A stretch of 64,000 nucleotides of DNA, taken from the NCBI GenBank assembly GCA_949358305.1, contig OX442314.1:11842001-11906000 (forward strand). The letters are read 5' to 3'. This document shows, one piece after another, positions 36,455-48,477 of the stretch; within the stretch, counting starts at the first letter, position 1, and each line of letters starts with the position of its first letter. This DNA comes from Strigamia acuminata (lineage: Eukaryota). The position numbers and the translations under genes are program-made. A model generated the notes under the pieces. That model was not told where the DNA came from. It searched no databases and was given only the letters and a program-made list of their open reading frames with translations.

Positions 36455-39400
36455 TTAATAATCCCATTTGAAATTCATTTTCAAAAGGTATTTCACGTTG
36501 ATCTGCGAAACATCGTACACAATGTACTCATTATACAGCAAAGACGTATTTGGTACTGTGCTTTTAACGCCTTGACCCAAAGGAATCTCCACTCCATCCG
36601 CATCAACGTGTGTGACAGCCGGATCCGGTTCTGTGGTTCCAATACCCTTAGTACTTTGTTTTCCAGCCGGCAATTTAGTAATAAAATCTGCGTTTTTCAA
36701 CTCGTGCCTAAAAAATAACACGAAAATCAATAAATTATTTCATTATATGAATAATAATTAAAACTTACATATTCCCCAATGCAACTTCGCACAACAACAT
36801 CAGTCCGATCGGATTGGATTTGTTGGTGCAACAGTAGTTGGCACTTTTCGACACCATGTCGGCGAAATAAACACCTTTGCCGAACATGTAACCGGTCTAA
36901 ATAAAGATAAAAGTTAAAAATACGTTCCGGGTTTGTATATAAAACTGTTAAATCTACCGATGGCGCTTCCGGTGGAGCGATGCGTAATCCTTGCGACAGT
37001 ATCCCCGCGTAATTAGTGACGCGAGATCCATGCCATAACAGTTTGCGATTGTGGAGTTTCTTAAACGGCTTGTAGCGTTTGTTTTCGCCATGACGGACCA
37101 CTTTGAACACGTCGATAATCTCCAATCCGTATTGGTTGTGCGTTTTAGCGTGAGTGTTCTTCACGTATTTCTTAATCAAATCAAACTCTTTGGATTTACG
37201 ATCAAGAACCTGAAATAAAATTTCACATTAAGCAAAACAAAGAAATATTTTCATTTATTTTATTTTTTACTTCAATGTCGGTTTTGAGTTTCTCGTAATG
37301 AGCATCGATGGGGTCCTTCGAGCCGTCGTCCTCGCCCTGCAGCAAGCTATACGCGACTTCGATTTCCAACAAGTTGTCCAACATTTCGATTTTCTGTTTA
37401 ATAATTTCTTCGTTATCGAGAGAAGTTGGTTTTTTAATGCCAAAATCGTGCGGAATAAGAGTGTAAAATCTATTAGATGCGTCCAAGAACTTCGAAGCGG
37501 GCGCTTTAGTTTGGATCAGCTATTAAAAAATAAAATAAAAGTTAAATTATATTTCAACGTTTTAATTAATTAAAAAATCACCTGCAGCAGTTCGGTTAAA
37601 ATAGAATAAGCCTTTTCGATCTGTTTTCGCGACAATTTACCCAACGGCATCTTTTTCAAATCGATCTAGAAGACAAAATTTAAAAATTATATACCTATAA
37701 AATTTACTAATTTACTTCAATCCATACCTCGAATTCCACTAAAGCCTTTTGCATACTTTCTACGTCGAATATCATGCGAATTAAATTCTGAATCTGTTCC
37801 TCGAGTTTTGATTTGCTGTTTTTAAAATCCTCTTTCAGACGTTTAATTTTCTCGTCATCCTAGACCGAAAAATTGTTATTAAATGCTCATTAATTGTCCA
37901 ACAAGTTTCCATACTTGGCCATAATCGATATCCAAAGGATAAAACCTATTCGGCTGCTTGACAAAATGTTTGCGATTTTTCCATTCATTTCCCGTTTTTT
38001 CTAAATACAACGCTTGAAACGAATCGATGGCATCCTCTCTGTCAGTCATCTGCTCGACTTTATTACCGCCAATCGTGGTTCCCACACGACCCCACGACCT
38101 GAACAACCAATACCTATTTAAAAAGAGACAAAAATTAATGAAAATCGCTCGAAAAACAGAGAAAAAAAATATTTATACCTATTTTTCTTGTCTCCTTCCA
38201 AAATCTGAAGCTTATAAAACGAATTGGTTCCACGAGATATATCCACCATTCCAAGAATAGCGTTGTAGATTTCGCTATGTACTTCCAAAACATGAGCCAC
38301 GTCTTGCAAATCTACAGAAAATAAAAATAAAACCATTTTAAGTCATCAATAAATTAATCGAAGAATTAAATTAAATAATCACCTGACGCTGGATCCACAG
38401 CAGCGCCCCCTTTAACCGTCATTTTTAACGTCGAAGGCATACTCTTCGTGTACACAGATTCCTTCTCTATAAAATTGAAATTAAAAGAATTAATTTAAAA
38501 AAAATATAATTTAACAATAATAAAATGAATTAAATTTGTCAATTTTTTGTCCGCTCCGTAACTGTCCAAAACCTGGTTCTTAATCAGTTTTGGTCATCAG
38601 AAAGCAAATTTTGATTTTGGGAGATTTCGTGCCAGTTTTGCCAACTTTTGATAAACCGGGTATCTGCTCCCTTTCCACTATTCAAATCTCATTCCATTTA
38701 TACCTTTAGCGCCGCTCTTTTTCGACTTCACTCCTCCTGGTTCCTGCACGCGTAAATGGGGCTGTAAAAATTAAATATTATAAATATTTTTCACAAAAAT
38801 TTAATTGACAACTCACATCTGATCCCCAATCACAAATGCTTTTCTCGACGATAAGTAGAATCGCTCCACCATTTTTCACAGAATCAACATAATCTTCAGA
38901 AACGACGTGAACGTCCGCATCTTTCGCTTCTTCGATCTTTTTGCTCATTTTATTCACCTCCGCTGTCAAAATTATCATGATTAACAACAGAAAAACACTT
39001 TTTTACTCAAAAAAATTGATAACTACCTTCATTACTGATCACAGCTGCCACAGTTTTATCGATTTTCGTTACAACTTTTCCTCCGAGAGACTCAATCGTC
39101 TTGACTAATGCTGGTTTTCCTTTGGATAGCTTACCAACAGTCACAAAATTCATGTTAGATAATGGCAAATCGGCGCTAAAAGAAAAGAAATAAAATTATT
39201 TCCCCGTTTATTTACATTATTGTTTACTAATTACGAGGGTGGTTTGCTGCCGGATGACGATGAGGCGACGGCTGCAGATGGAACGTGTTTAGATGAAAAA
39301 ATTCGGTCCCTTTTAACATATTTATATTTTTTTCTAAATTTAAATAATAAAAATTATAATAAATTGCTTCTAAAGTGTCAATTTTGTTTCGTTTACAAGA

Positions 39401-41271
39401 AATCAAATCTTTCCTTCATCTCATCAGGTACTGTGAACGGTTTTCTCTCCGGTTTCTTTGTAACAAAAGTGCATTTGGTCCATTCGGTCATATTACCATG
39501 ACACCTATATCCCTCGGTCCTTAAATTAAAAAAAAATTAATACATTAAAAAAAAATATATGTATAAAATTAAAATAAAAAATTTACTATTACTGATAAAT
39601 TAATTGTCCTCCAGAACATTCTGTGCACGGCTTGGGAACTCCAAACGCCATAGCATCCGCCAAACAATCGAGCATCTAAATTATAAATTAAATTTAATAA
39701 TTTGTGTTATATAATTAATTAATTATTAATTACTCGACTGTCTCCCGATTGAACTACTCGTTTATTATGTTCCAACAGCTCTTGAAGATCTTTCTTTTTC
39801 AATTGGTTTTCAAGTTTATCTCGAAAATCAAAAATGATTTTATTTTGCTTCTAAAATAAATATATATAAAAAATTACTAGTAATTATCATAATTTATGTA
39901 GTACATTCGAGATATCTCACTTTAAGCTGAGTTTCTTCTGCGTTGTCTTCTTCTTTGGCTTTTTTACTCTTGGGGCCGTCTTTGTTAGACTCGGCTACCC
40001 GTTTCCTAGCGACAAAATTTAAAATTTTAAAACCCGAATCAAAAATTATTACCAAAATGTTTAATTACAAGGCGCTTTTCATCATTGGCAACTTCTTTTT
40101 CAAACTGGCTTGATCTTCCGGTTTGAGAGACGAAAAACCAGCAAGTCTAGATTCAGTGGTGTAAAAAATTAATGGAAAAAATTGTCAAAATCAATTAAAT
40201 TAACAAATAAATACACGTACACATCAGCAGATCCAAAGAATTCTAAATCTTCACGATTCGAAACGAAGCAGTCCTCGTGGTACCACAAATCCGCAGGACC
40301 AAATCTAGCTGCTTCTCCTTCAAAATCTTTTTTAGAGATTCGTACCAAGTTCTATGGTTGGAAAAAAATTATTTTTTATTAAAAAAAATTCATTATTAAC
40401 TTCAAACGCATTAAATGTACGCAATCTCAGTACAGAATTTACAAAATAGAAAAATTGTAAATATAAAATCAAAGAGTTTTGCAATTATTTTACCAGAAAT
40501 TAATTATCACAGATGTTAGAAGAAAAAACATTGTGAAACTCAACGTTCTGGAGAAAAAGGCAATTATTTTTTCATAAAATTTTATTTTTACCTTTGTGAT
40601 TTTTTCGTTACAACCTCTGCAAGTACTTCGACTAGATTTCGCATATTCAGTAGCAAAATCGCTCAGCTCTTTCTTCGTTGACAATTGGTTCTTAATAAAC
40701 GACGCACCAGTGTCGTCTGAACAAAATTTAAACAAAAATTAGTTAAAATAAATAAATAAAATTTATTTTTTGATTTTTCAAATTACCAACGGCTTTTTTT
40801 ATTTTTTCCTGATCTTCCCATCGCAGTTGATCGAAGTGAGCGATATCGCCAACGGTCTTTGGTCGACTTTTTGCAAAAAAGCAGTTGAAATGAAACCAAT
40901 TTGGTTGCTATGAATTTAAAAAGTGGAATAAAATTAACACAAAAATCGGATTAAGCATTTTCTAACATTTGCGTACTTTTCCGTCAAAGCGTGAAGACTT
41001 CATTTCATAAAAAAATAGAATTAGAGAAATACATTCTTAGTCATAAATCTCATCAATTTTAATTACTAACTCACTTGGATCATAACAGCAAGTCTTAACG
41101 ATGCTAAGGATAAAAACAGGCATAAATTCATTAATTCGGCGTCCAACATTTTTATAGATCATAGGTGGGACCACCTTTAAACTTACCTTTTTCAATAGCT
41201 GCTTTACATGCTTTACAAGATGCTCTGCCACTTTTCGCATATTCTGCCCGGAATGGAAGGTCGTCAGACAT
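36455..41271 (-). CDS. PARP1: PARP1 paralog B (canonical), multi-exon
   Basis: Zn1-Zn2-Zn3-BRCT ([32 protein letters not shown])-WGR-HD-ART with [28 protein letters not shown]. Confidence 0.95.
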
Positions 41272-41776
41272 GATTTAATATTAAATAGGCCCAGAAATAC
41301 AGCACACTTTACTCGACGGGCCGACTTAAGATTTAAGGCGGCAAAGAAGTGAATGAAAGCGCATGCGCGACGTAATTGAAAACTGAAAACCTGAATCCCG
41401 ATAACTCGAAAACCTGATGAATCAAGTGATAAACCCTCTTGTACAGAAAAAAAAAACATGAAATGTTTTGTTTTAAAAAAGAAAAAGAAAAAGTGCCTCG
41501 AAAAAGCAGAAAATTAAAATAATTTTAATTTAGGTCGGACACACCACCATCTTACGGTAAGAAATGTATTTATTTTCTTCGGTACAGACCGCCAGAGGAG
41601 TACAGTGGCGCCAAAATTACGTTCTTAGGAGCTAGGAAATTCCTTCTGAGCAATAAGTTTGGAATAAGCGACAGTTGTCAGTTTCGCAGAGGATATTTGA
41701 TTCAGTTAAGTTTCTATATTGCCGTATTCATTTTTAAATTCTATGAAATTTACATATTTGATTTCTTCACTCAGAA

Positions 41777-43255
41777 ATGGAAAAACTTCCAGAAATATTC
41801 GCTCGCCTTCAAGAAAATCTAAAAGCCGCGAACTCGTGCCCCAGCTTGATGAAAATATCACTATTAACTCTCGCAATTTCATTTTGGCGAAAAGATGCGG
41901 TTAGATTGAAAATAGGGAATTATTTAGGAAGAAAGAAAACTCTGCAATCCAGGGAATGGCATCGAATTGAAGACGAAGCGATGAAAAATGAAAATTTGTG
42001 CTTACCGCCACACCTTAAGGACGAACTAAAATGTGCCGTTGCAATGATTGGTATCCAGATACACGAATGGATCAAATATCTCGAAGATTTCACTTTCACT
42101 CATGCAGTCTATCCACTAGATTTTGTTAGTGACATTGCTTGGACGGTTCATGGAGCAATTGACAAAAAAGCAACGTTCATGTTGCTTTACAACGGCGAAA
42201 ATAGCAAAGCCTTGAGGACCAATGGGAGTCTCTACGTCATGGCAGTCCATTTTGGTTTAGTAAACTACGAGAAGATTTTATGGAAGAAGGTGCCACGGGA
42301 CTTAAAAACAACCGACTATACTCAAGGCTATGACGAAGTAAATTTTGACCTTACAGCCTCGATGAACTTTGAATTAACATTAAAAATTAGAAAATTATTT
42401 CGCCACCAACACTGCAATATAAACGAAATTGTCCAGTTGGCGATGGATTACGATCTTGATTTAATATTACAGTACATGTGGGATTCCACGGATGATGCGG
42501 CTGAGAGGAATCGATTGGTAGATCTATGTTGCCAGTGTTTGGAAGCCAAAGGCTCGGATACAATGTATTTTCTAATAAATCATTTATCGGAAAAGCAATT
42601 GGTATGGACATTTGATGAGTACTACTGGAACTTGGATTTTTGTGGCATGCAGATATTAGAGTGTTTGCTGAGGTCAAACAGATGTTGGAATGAGTTTTTC
42701 TATTCAAGTTTGATCGATGTGCTTGATTTTATTGATACACCGCATCGTTCCGTGGAGTATTTTGTAATGATGTTAGACGAGATTAGCCAGAGTGGTCTGT
42801 CTAGTTACCCAAAAAAAAAACTTTTTGAAAAATTGTGGTACAGTCTTTCCAGCGATAAAAAACTGTCTATATTCAAGTATAAGTATACCATAAAGAATCT
42901 GTTTAACTATCAGGATCTTGATTTTCTTAAGATGCTGATGAAAAGTGCGGATGAAGAGATGAAATTGGATTTTTTGGTGTCCAAAAGATCTACCTGCGTG
43001 TTAATGGTTGTGAATGATGGAGGAGCCGTGTTGGATGAGTTTTTGCATGAAATTTTCCCAAGTGATGGCACTTTGCGACGTTTCAAGAAAAATGTTTGTG
43101 ATTTTGGGATTGAATACGTCAGAAAATTAACTGAGGATGAATACGAAGATGATTCAGACGATGGCAGGCCACTAACTGAAGAAAGGATTTTTAAAACTGA
43201 TTTATCGTCTATTGAATTGCTAGAAGGTAAACTTATGGCTTTTTGCAATCATTAA
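41777..43255 (+). CDS. Uncharacterised 492-aa protein, single coding exon, N-terminal BC-box/SOCS-box-like motif
   Basis: Long ORF with an ATG just after a splice acceptor; paralogs at 33229 and 45274; motifs CPSLMKISLLTLA, LPPHLKDEL, IAWTVHGAIDKKAT. Confidence 0.8.
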   Translation: MEKLPEIFARLQENLKAANSCPSLMKISLLTLAISFWRKDAVRLKIGNYLGRKKTLQSREWHRIEDEAMKNENLCLPPHLKDELKCAVAMIGIQIHEWIKYLEDFTFTHAVYPLDFVSDIAWTVHGAIDKKATFMLLYNGENSKALRTNGSLYVMAVHFGLVNYEKILWKKVPRDLKTTDYTQGYDEVNFDLTASMNFELTLKIRKLFRHQHCNINEIVQLAMDYDLDLILQYMWDSTDDAAERNRLVDLCCQCLEAKGSDTMYFLINHLSEKQLVWTFDEYYWNLDFCGMQILECLLRSNRCWNEFFYSSLIDVLDFIDTPHRSVEYFVMMLDEISQSGLSSYPKKKLFEKLWYSLSSDKKLSIFKYKYTIKNLFNYQDLDFLKMLMKSADEEMKLDFLVSKRSTCVLMVVNDGGAVLDEFLHEIFPSDGTLRRFKKNVCDFGIEYVRKLTEDEYEDDSDDGRPLTEERIFKTDLSSIELLEGKLMAFCNH

Positions 43256-43817
43256 GCATTGGAAGAAAATTATTCAATGTGTGTTGTGTTGGAAGCTTCA
43301 ACTACTGAAATAATAATTAATATTTTTTCTTCTTCAAGTATTTTGTGTAAGTTTATTGATGTTAAGAAAACTTGATTTTTATATAGTTGTTACTGAAAAT
43401 TGCGCATTTACTATTAACATTGATATTAAAATAAAACAAATACTAAATTTAATGAAAAAGCAAGGGCAAAAATTAAACAAATACACGCGGCACATCACAA
43501 CAATGCCACTTTGTCAGTGAAATGATAAAATGTAAATCCAGTCAGATTCCGTCATATCGGTTTTTCCTTCACAATCATTATCACCGAATCTCTGAATTCA
43601 CGGTCAAGCTAACCGAGAATTACACATAAAATCAGAAAAATTACATGGAAAAATCAGAAACTTAAAATAATTTTACTTTAGATTGGACAAGTCGCCAACT
43701 GTGGGTCCTTAGGTATGGCATGGATTATAAGCTCTCGAGTTCCTAAACTGACAGGTTTGCCGTAATCATTTTTCAATCATATCGTATTAAATAATCTATT
43801 TGATTTCTTTACACAGA

Positions 43818-44360
43818 AAGGGACAAAATGCACATAATATATGCTCGTCTTCAAGAAAAGCTGCAGAACGCGAAATCGTTCCCTAACTTGGAAAAATTAT
43901 CATTACCGTATTAACAATCGCAATTTTTCGCGCTAGATGACGCCCCGGAAAATCAACTCAGACAAGTATTTCATAATGGATCTGTTGAACTATTAGGATC
44001 TTAATTCTTATGTTGATAAATAGTATGGATGAAGAGAAGAAATACAAATTGATTTTGGAGAAAACATTCACGTGGTTGTTAATAATGGAGGATCCTTGAT
44101 GGAAGACTTAACGATACCCGTGTCGTAAGACTTCATCCGTTTGGAAAATTTCACTCAAAAACTGAGTTTTCGCGTGAAATTTTCCAAAATGATAAAGTCT
44201 TGCGACGTTTTTAGCGAGTGGTTTGTGATTTTGGGATTCAATATATCAGAAATTTAAATCTTCATAAATACGAATGCTCACTGAGGAAAGCTATTTTAAA
44301 ACTGATTTATCTTGTTATGAATCGCTGGAAAAATAAAACTTTTGCTTTTTCCAATCATTA
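43818..44360 (+). pseudogene. Degenerate fragment of the BC-box-like family
   Basis: IYARLQEKLQNAKSFPNL start plus C-terminal similarity (LRRF, FKTDLS); stops and deletions. Confidence 0.7.
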
Positions 44361-45273
44361 ACCAGCGTAAGAAAATTACTAAACGTATTGGAGAATACTA
44401 TTGTTTGTTTGCAATAATTAATACACAAGTGGACGGGCAGTTAAGTGTCATGTCTGAATCAGCTATCTGAGCACTGTCTGCTCCTCCTCTTCTCTTGTTC
44501 TGGGAACTCCCTGTTTTTTTGTACAGCCCACAAGGTTGTTATTGGTCAGTTTAAATCGCTGGCCCACCTCCTTTGTGATACGAGCACCACTCCATCCTTG
44601 GACTCGCCTCCCTTTTGTGGGTTCTCAGGTTCCAATTGGGGCTGCACCTTTTTGTGATTGATGGATTTAAGTTGTCCTTTCTACACCATAAACACCACCA
44701 CACAGCACACACGCTCGGATAAGTACACAATTATGCATTAGAATAAGATATTAAAATTATAAAAATATAAAGGTACTTATGTGTTTTCAATCAAAGTTGG
44801 AGCTTGGTTTGGAGTGAAATGAATGTGGACCTCATTTGCATAAGTTGAAAATCACATCCGTTAACACGGTTGGGGGTTCAGATCAATGGTCAAACAACAG
44901 CTGTGAAAATTAATAAAATGATGCATCATGAAAAAATAAATAAATAAAGCCTTGAAAAAAGCAGAAAAAGCATCAAAAAAAATTATTTTTGGTTGGATAC
45001 ATCGCCATCTTTAAGCTAAATGATTTATTTCATTTCTTCAGATTCTTCTCACCAGAGGAGTGGTGGAAAAGGCAAACATACGAACATCCGAGCTGTGAGC
45101 CGTCGAACGTTTTTCGTATTTGTAAATTACAGTTTTTCGATTATTTCTGTTTCATCCAAATAGTCGTATTTTATAGCAGAAAGTTTGCAATATCGATATT
45201 TAATGCAGGTATGTTTCGACATTATCGTAATAATATTTTAATTGTAATAAAAGCTATATTTCTTTACACAGAA

Positions 45274-46491
45274 ATGGACAAAATTGCAAAAATATACGCT
45301 CGCCTTCAAGAAAACCTGAAAAACGTGAAATCGTGCCCCAGCTTGAAAGAAATATCATTATTAGCCGTCGCAATTTCATTTTGGCGAAAAGATGCGGTTA
45401 AATTGCAAATAAGCAATTATTTTGACAAAAAGAAAAGTCTGAAATCACCGGAATGGCATCGAATTGAAGACGAAGCGATGACAGGAGCAAATCTGTACTT
45501 ACCACCAGGCCTGAATGACGAACTAAAGTATGCCGTTGCAATGATCGGTGTTCAGATACACGAATGGATCAAATATCTCGAAGGATTCACTTTTACTGAC
45601 AATGTCACTTCGTACGCTTTTGTTAATGACATTGCTTGGACGGTTCACGGATCAATTGACAAAAAAGCAACGTTTTTTTTGCTTTGCAACGACGAAAACA
45701 ACGAAGCCTTGAGGACCAATGGGAGTCTGTACATTCTCGCGAGTCATTTTTGTCTAGTAGATTACGTGAAGATTTTATGGAACAAGTTGCCATTGCTCTT
45801 TAAATCAATCAGCTGTGAGGACGAATTAGATTTGGACAAAGAAACCAGGCAGAAGTTTAAACTGGCGACAAAAATTTGGGAATTAATCAACGGCAAACAC
45901 TGCAATTTAAAGCAAATTGTCGAGCTGGCGATGTATTACAACTTTGATTTAGTTTTACAGTACTTATGGGATACTAAGGATGGTGCGGATGAGAGGAATC
46001 AATTGATAAATCTTTGTTGGGAGTATGTGAACTCCGAGCAATCGGATGTTACGTACTTTCTAATAAGTCATTTATCGGAAAAGCAACTGGAAGTGATATT
46101 CAGTCATGGCGGCATCTGGGGCTTGCGATTCTCCAGCGTGCTAGACAGTCTGCTAAATTCGAACAGGTTTTGGAGTGACTTTTTGTATTCTACTTTGATC
46201 GATCTGGTTGATTTTTCGGATGTACAATACGCAACGACTTTTTATATTCTGTCAAAACATAGTCATCGGAGTGGCCTTGTTGGTTTTCTAAAGAAAAAAC
46301 TTTTCGATAAATTGTGGAACGATTTTTCAAGCGAACTAAAACGGGTCTTGTTGGAAGAAGAGCGAACCTTGATGAATTTGGTCAAGTTTTCGAGACTGAT
46401 GCGCTCTGGCGACGCTTTAGGTTACCAGGCTGTGTTTTCGGAATTGCTTGAATCAGCCCAACGTTATGCTGATAAGAATGAGATTCAGTAA
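45274..46491 (+). CDS. Older paralog of the BC-box-like family (405 aa)
   Basis: MDKIAKIYARLQENLK..CPSLKEISLLAVAISFW..LPPGLNDEL..WTVHGSIDKKAT aligns with 41777; ATG follows the acceptor TTTACACAG. Confidence 0.78.
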   Translation: MDKIAKIYARLQENLKNVKSCPSLKEISLLAVAISFWRKDAVKLQISNYFDKKKSLKSPEWHRIEDEAMTGANLYLPPGLNDELKYAVAMIGVQIHEWIKYLEGFTFTDNVTSYAFVNDIAWTVHGSIDKKATFFLLCNDENNEALRTNGSLYILASHFCLVDYVKILWNKLPLLFKSISCEDELDLDKETRQKFKLATKIWELINGKHCNLKQIVELAMYYNFDLVLQYLWDTKDGADERNQLINLCWEYVNSEQSDVTYFLISHLSEKQLEVIFSHGGIWGLRFSSVLDSLLNSNRFWSDFLYSTLIDLVDFSDVQYATTFYILSKHSHRSGLVGFLKKKLFDKLWNDFSSELKRVLLEEERTLMNLVKFSRLMRSGDALGYQAVFSELLESAQRYADKNEIQ

Positions 46492-46885
46492 ATGCCAAGT
46501 GACTGCAGAAAGCATTTTTTTTAAAAACAATCATTAACCAGCGCAAGAAAATTATTAAATGTGTTTTAACGTTAAATATTGTAGAAATTTATTGAGGATA
46601 AAAAAATTGAATTTTTTTTATAAATTGTTGCAAAATATTGCCAAAAATTTGAATCTCTGATACGCCGATTCTGATCGCTGTATCCCTCGCGCATATATCA
46701 TCCGCCAGACATCTATAAGCGATCAACGCCCATTTCGCACTTATTTTCGTACCGCGCATTGCGAGTTTGGTATAAAAATGAGTGCGAAAGCGGCTTTGAT
46801 CGCTTAACGTGTCTGTCGATCGGTAGTGTCGCTGTGGAAAAAACATATATGCGCGCGCAGCGCATGGTACACTTTTCTTTTTCAG

Positions 46886-48477
46886 ATCGTGTGAAAAAAA
46901 TTAATTATGGCCGTTGAAATTGTGATGAACGAAGCGGCCGATCATCAACAGAGAATGCGAGCAAATGAGTTTTGCGAAAATTTTAAGGAAACGTCGCCGT
47001 ATTGCGTGCAATGCAGTCTGTATCTATCCGCTATTTGTATTATAATTCAATAAAAAAAAACCTAAGACGAAACACAAGACGCTTATTATTTTTTAGTTAA
47101 ATCACAGACCTAAATACTACTAGACTGCGAACTGAGGGATTGTGGGTAAGAAGCTTGTGAATACAGGAAGTGATGACACTGGCGAATCTGTGACTTCCTG
47201 CCAACGCTATGGCTGCCTGAAATCAGCATACAAGCAAAATTTCCCAACAAAAATGACTCGAATTTTGATGAAAATGAATCCAATTTGAAAATGACTGAAA
47301 TTTTGATGAAAATAACTCGAATTTTGATTAAAATGAATTTTATTTTGATGAAAATAACTTGAATTTGGTGAAAACGAATCGAATTTTGATGAAACTGAAT
47401 TGAATTTTGATGAAAATGACTCGAATTTTAAAATAACTCGAATTTGAAAATGACTCAAAATTAAGTGAAACTTACGAATTTCAGTTGTTAATGACTCAAA
47501 ATTATATTTTATTTACAAATTTAACCCGCAAATAACACAAAATTTTATTAAATTCACAAATTTAAGACAACAGGAAGTTGGAGCGGAGTAGTGACGTCAC
47601 TATCTGACAACAATGCCTCCTCCGCTCACAAGCTAGGCCCAATGTAAAGTTCGCAGTCTAGTGTATTTAGGTCTGTGGTTAAATTAACGCATACCATCGC
47701 CACAGTCCATAGAATATGGCTGATTTGTGTCGCCGCTGATTTGTGTCGCCATTTGCAATAATCTTTCTTTTTTAAATTTACTCAAGAATTTATAATTGTA
47801 ATTAATTTCATTTTATTTATTCCTAGGAAAAGCAAACGGAATTGGTTTTGTTGATCCTCGTTCGGTTGGCCGAAGACACGGTGACTTCGCACCGGCGACG
47901 CGAACTGCACCAAGCTTTGACTCACAATTTGGGATTCGTTTTAAACTTTTTCATTCAACTCTTGTTCAATCACACCAACAAGTTCTTTCGTGCCAACCAT
48001 CATTTTCATCAGCAAGTGAGACAATAATATTAATCAAATTTCTTGATGTTTCTTGATTTTTTTCTAGATTTTTCTTGGTTTTTCTTGGTTTTTCTTGGTT
48101 TTTCTTGGTTTTTCTTGATTTTTCTTGATTTTTTTAAAATTATTTTCTTAATTTTCTTGATTTTCTTCATTTCCAGACAGAAATTCACTGCCAAATGACC
48201 GTCGCCTGGCTGGAAACCTTCACGGCGTTCGCGGAATGGATTCCTTTCGCACACTTATGGTCGCACCAAGGGATTTTGCCGTCGCTTTGCTCGCTTTTGA
48301 CTGCGGAGAAACTTCAGCTGCAGGCGGCTTGAATCTTTGCTGCTATTCATCAGCCGAAAAGTAACAAGATACCACGCCAATTTTACAAACCTAAACAAGG
48401 AAATATATTTAATTTTTTCTTGCCAGGCTAAAATCGAAGAACAGAAGCCGTGTCTTGAGCTCTTCACGGACGAGCGA
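46886..48477 (+). pseudogene. XPO5: Exportin-5 N-terminal fragments
   Basis: AVEIVM..RMRANEFCENFKE, QTELVLLILVRLAED..RRRELHQAL, LQLQAA/ESLL..SRK, KIEEQKP. Intervening exons missing, frameshift at ~48330, truncated, MITE inserted. Confidence 0.85.
47103..47677. mobile_element. P-element-like MITE
   Basis: ~30-bp TIRs CACAGACCTAAATAC(T)ACTAGACTGCGAACT; 7-bp TSD GTTAAAT; internal AAAATGACTCGAATTTTGATG repeats. Confidence 0.85.

Noticed and set aside
38470..38700. Less AT-rich PARP1 intron as an alternative exon or snoRNA
   Set aside because: All frames hit stops, the nearest acceptor would leave a ~26-nt intron, and C/D-like boxes are too close together.
1..41271. DNMT1, NOP53, FH, PARP1 and MLH3 as a functional DNA-repair cluster
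   Set aside because: Adjacency in a compact genome is a sufficient explanation; MLH3 is TE cargo; no synteny evidence is available.
44989..45273. N-terminal 95 aa of the 500-aa ORF
   Set aside because: The paralogs start at the Met after the splice acceptor (45274); upstream is probably UTR or intron.
48030..48254. Lys-rich ORFs here and at 53809-54075
   Set aside because: Translations of T-rich low-complexity repeats in an intron or MITE.
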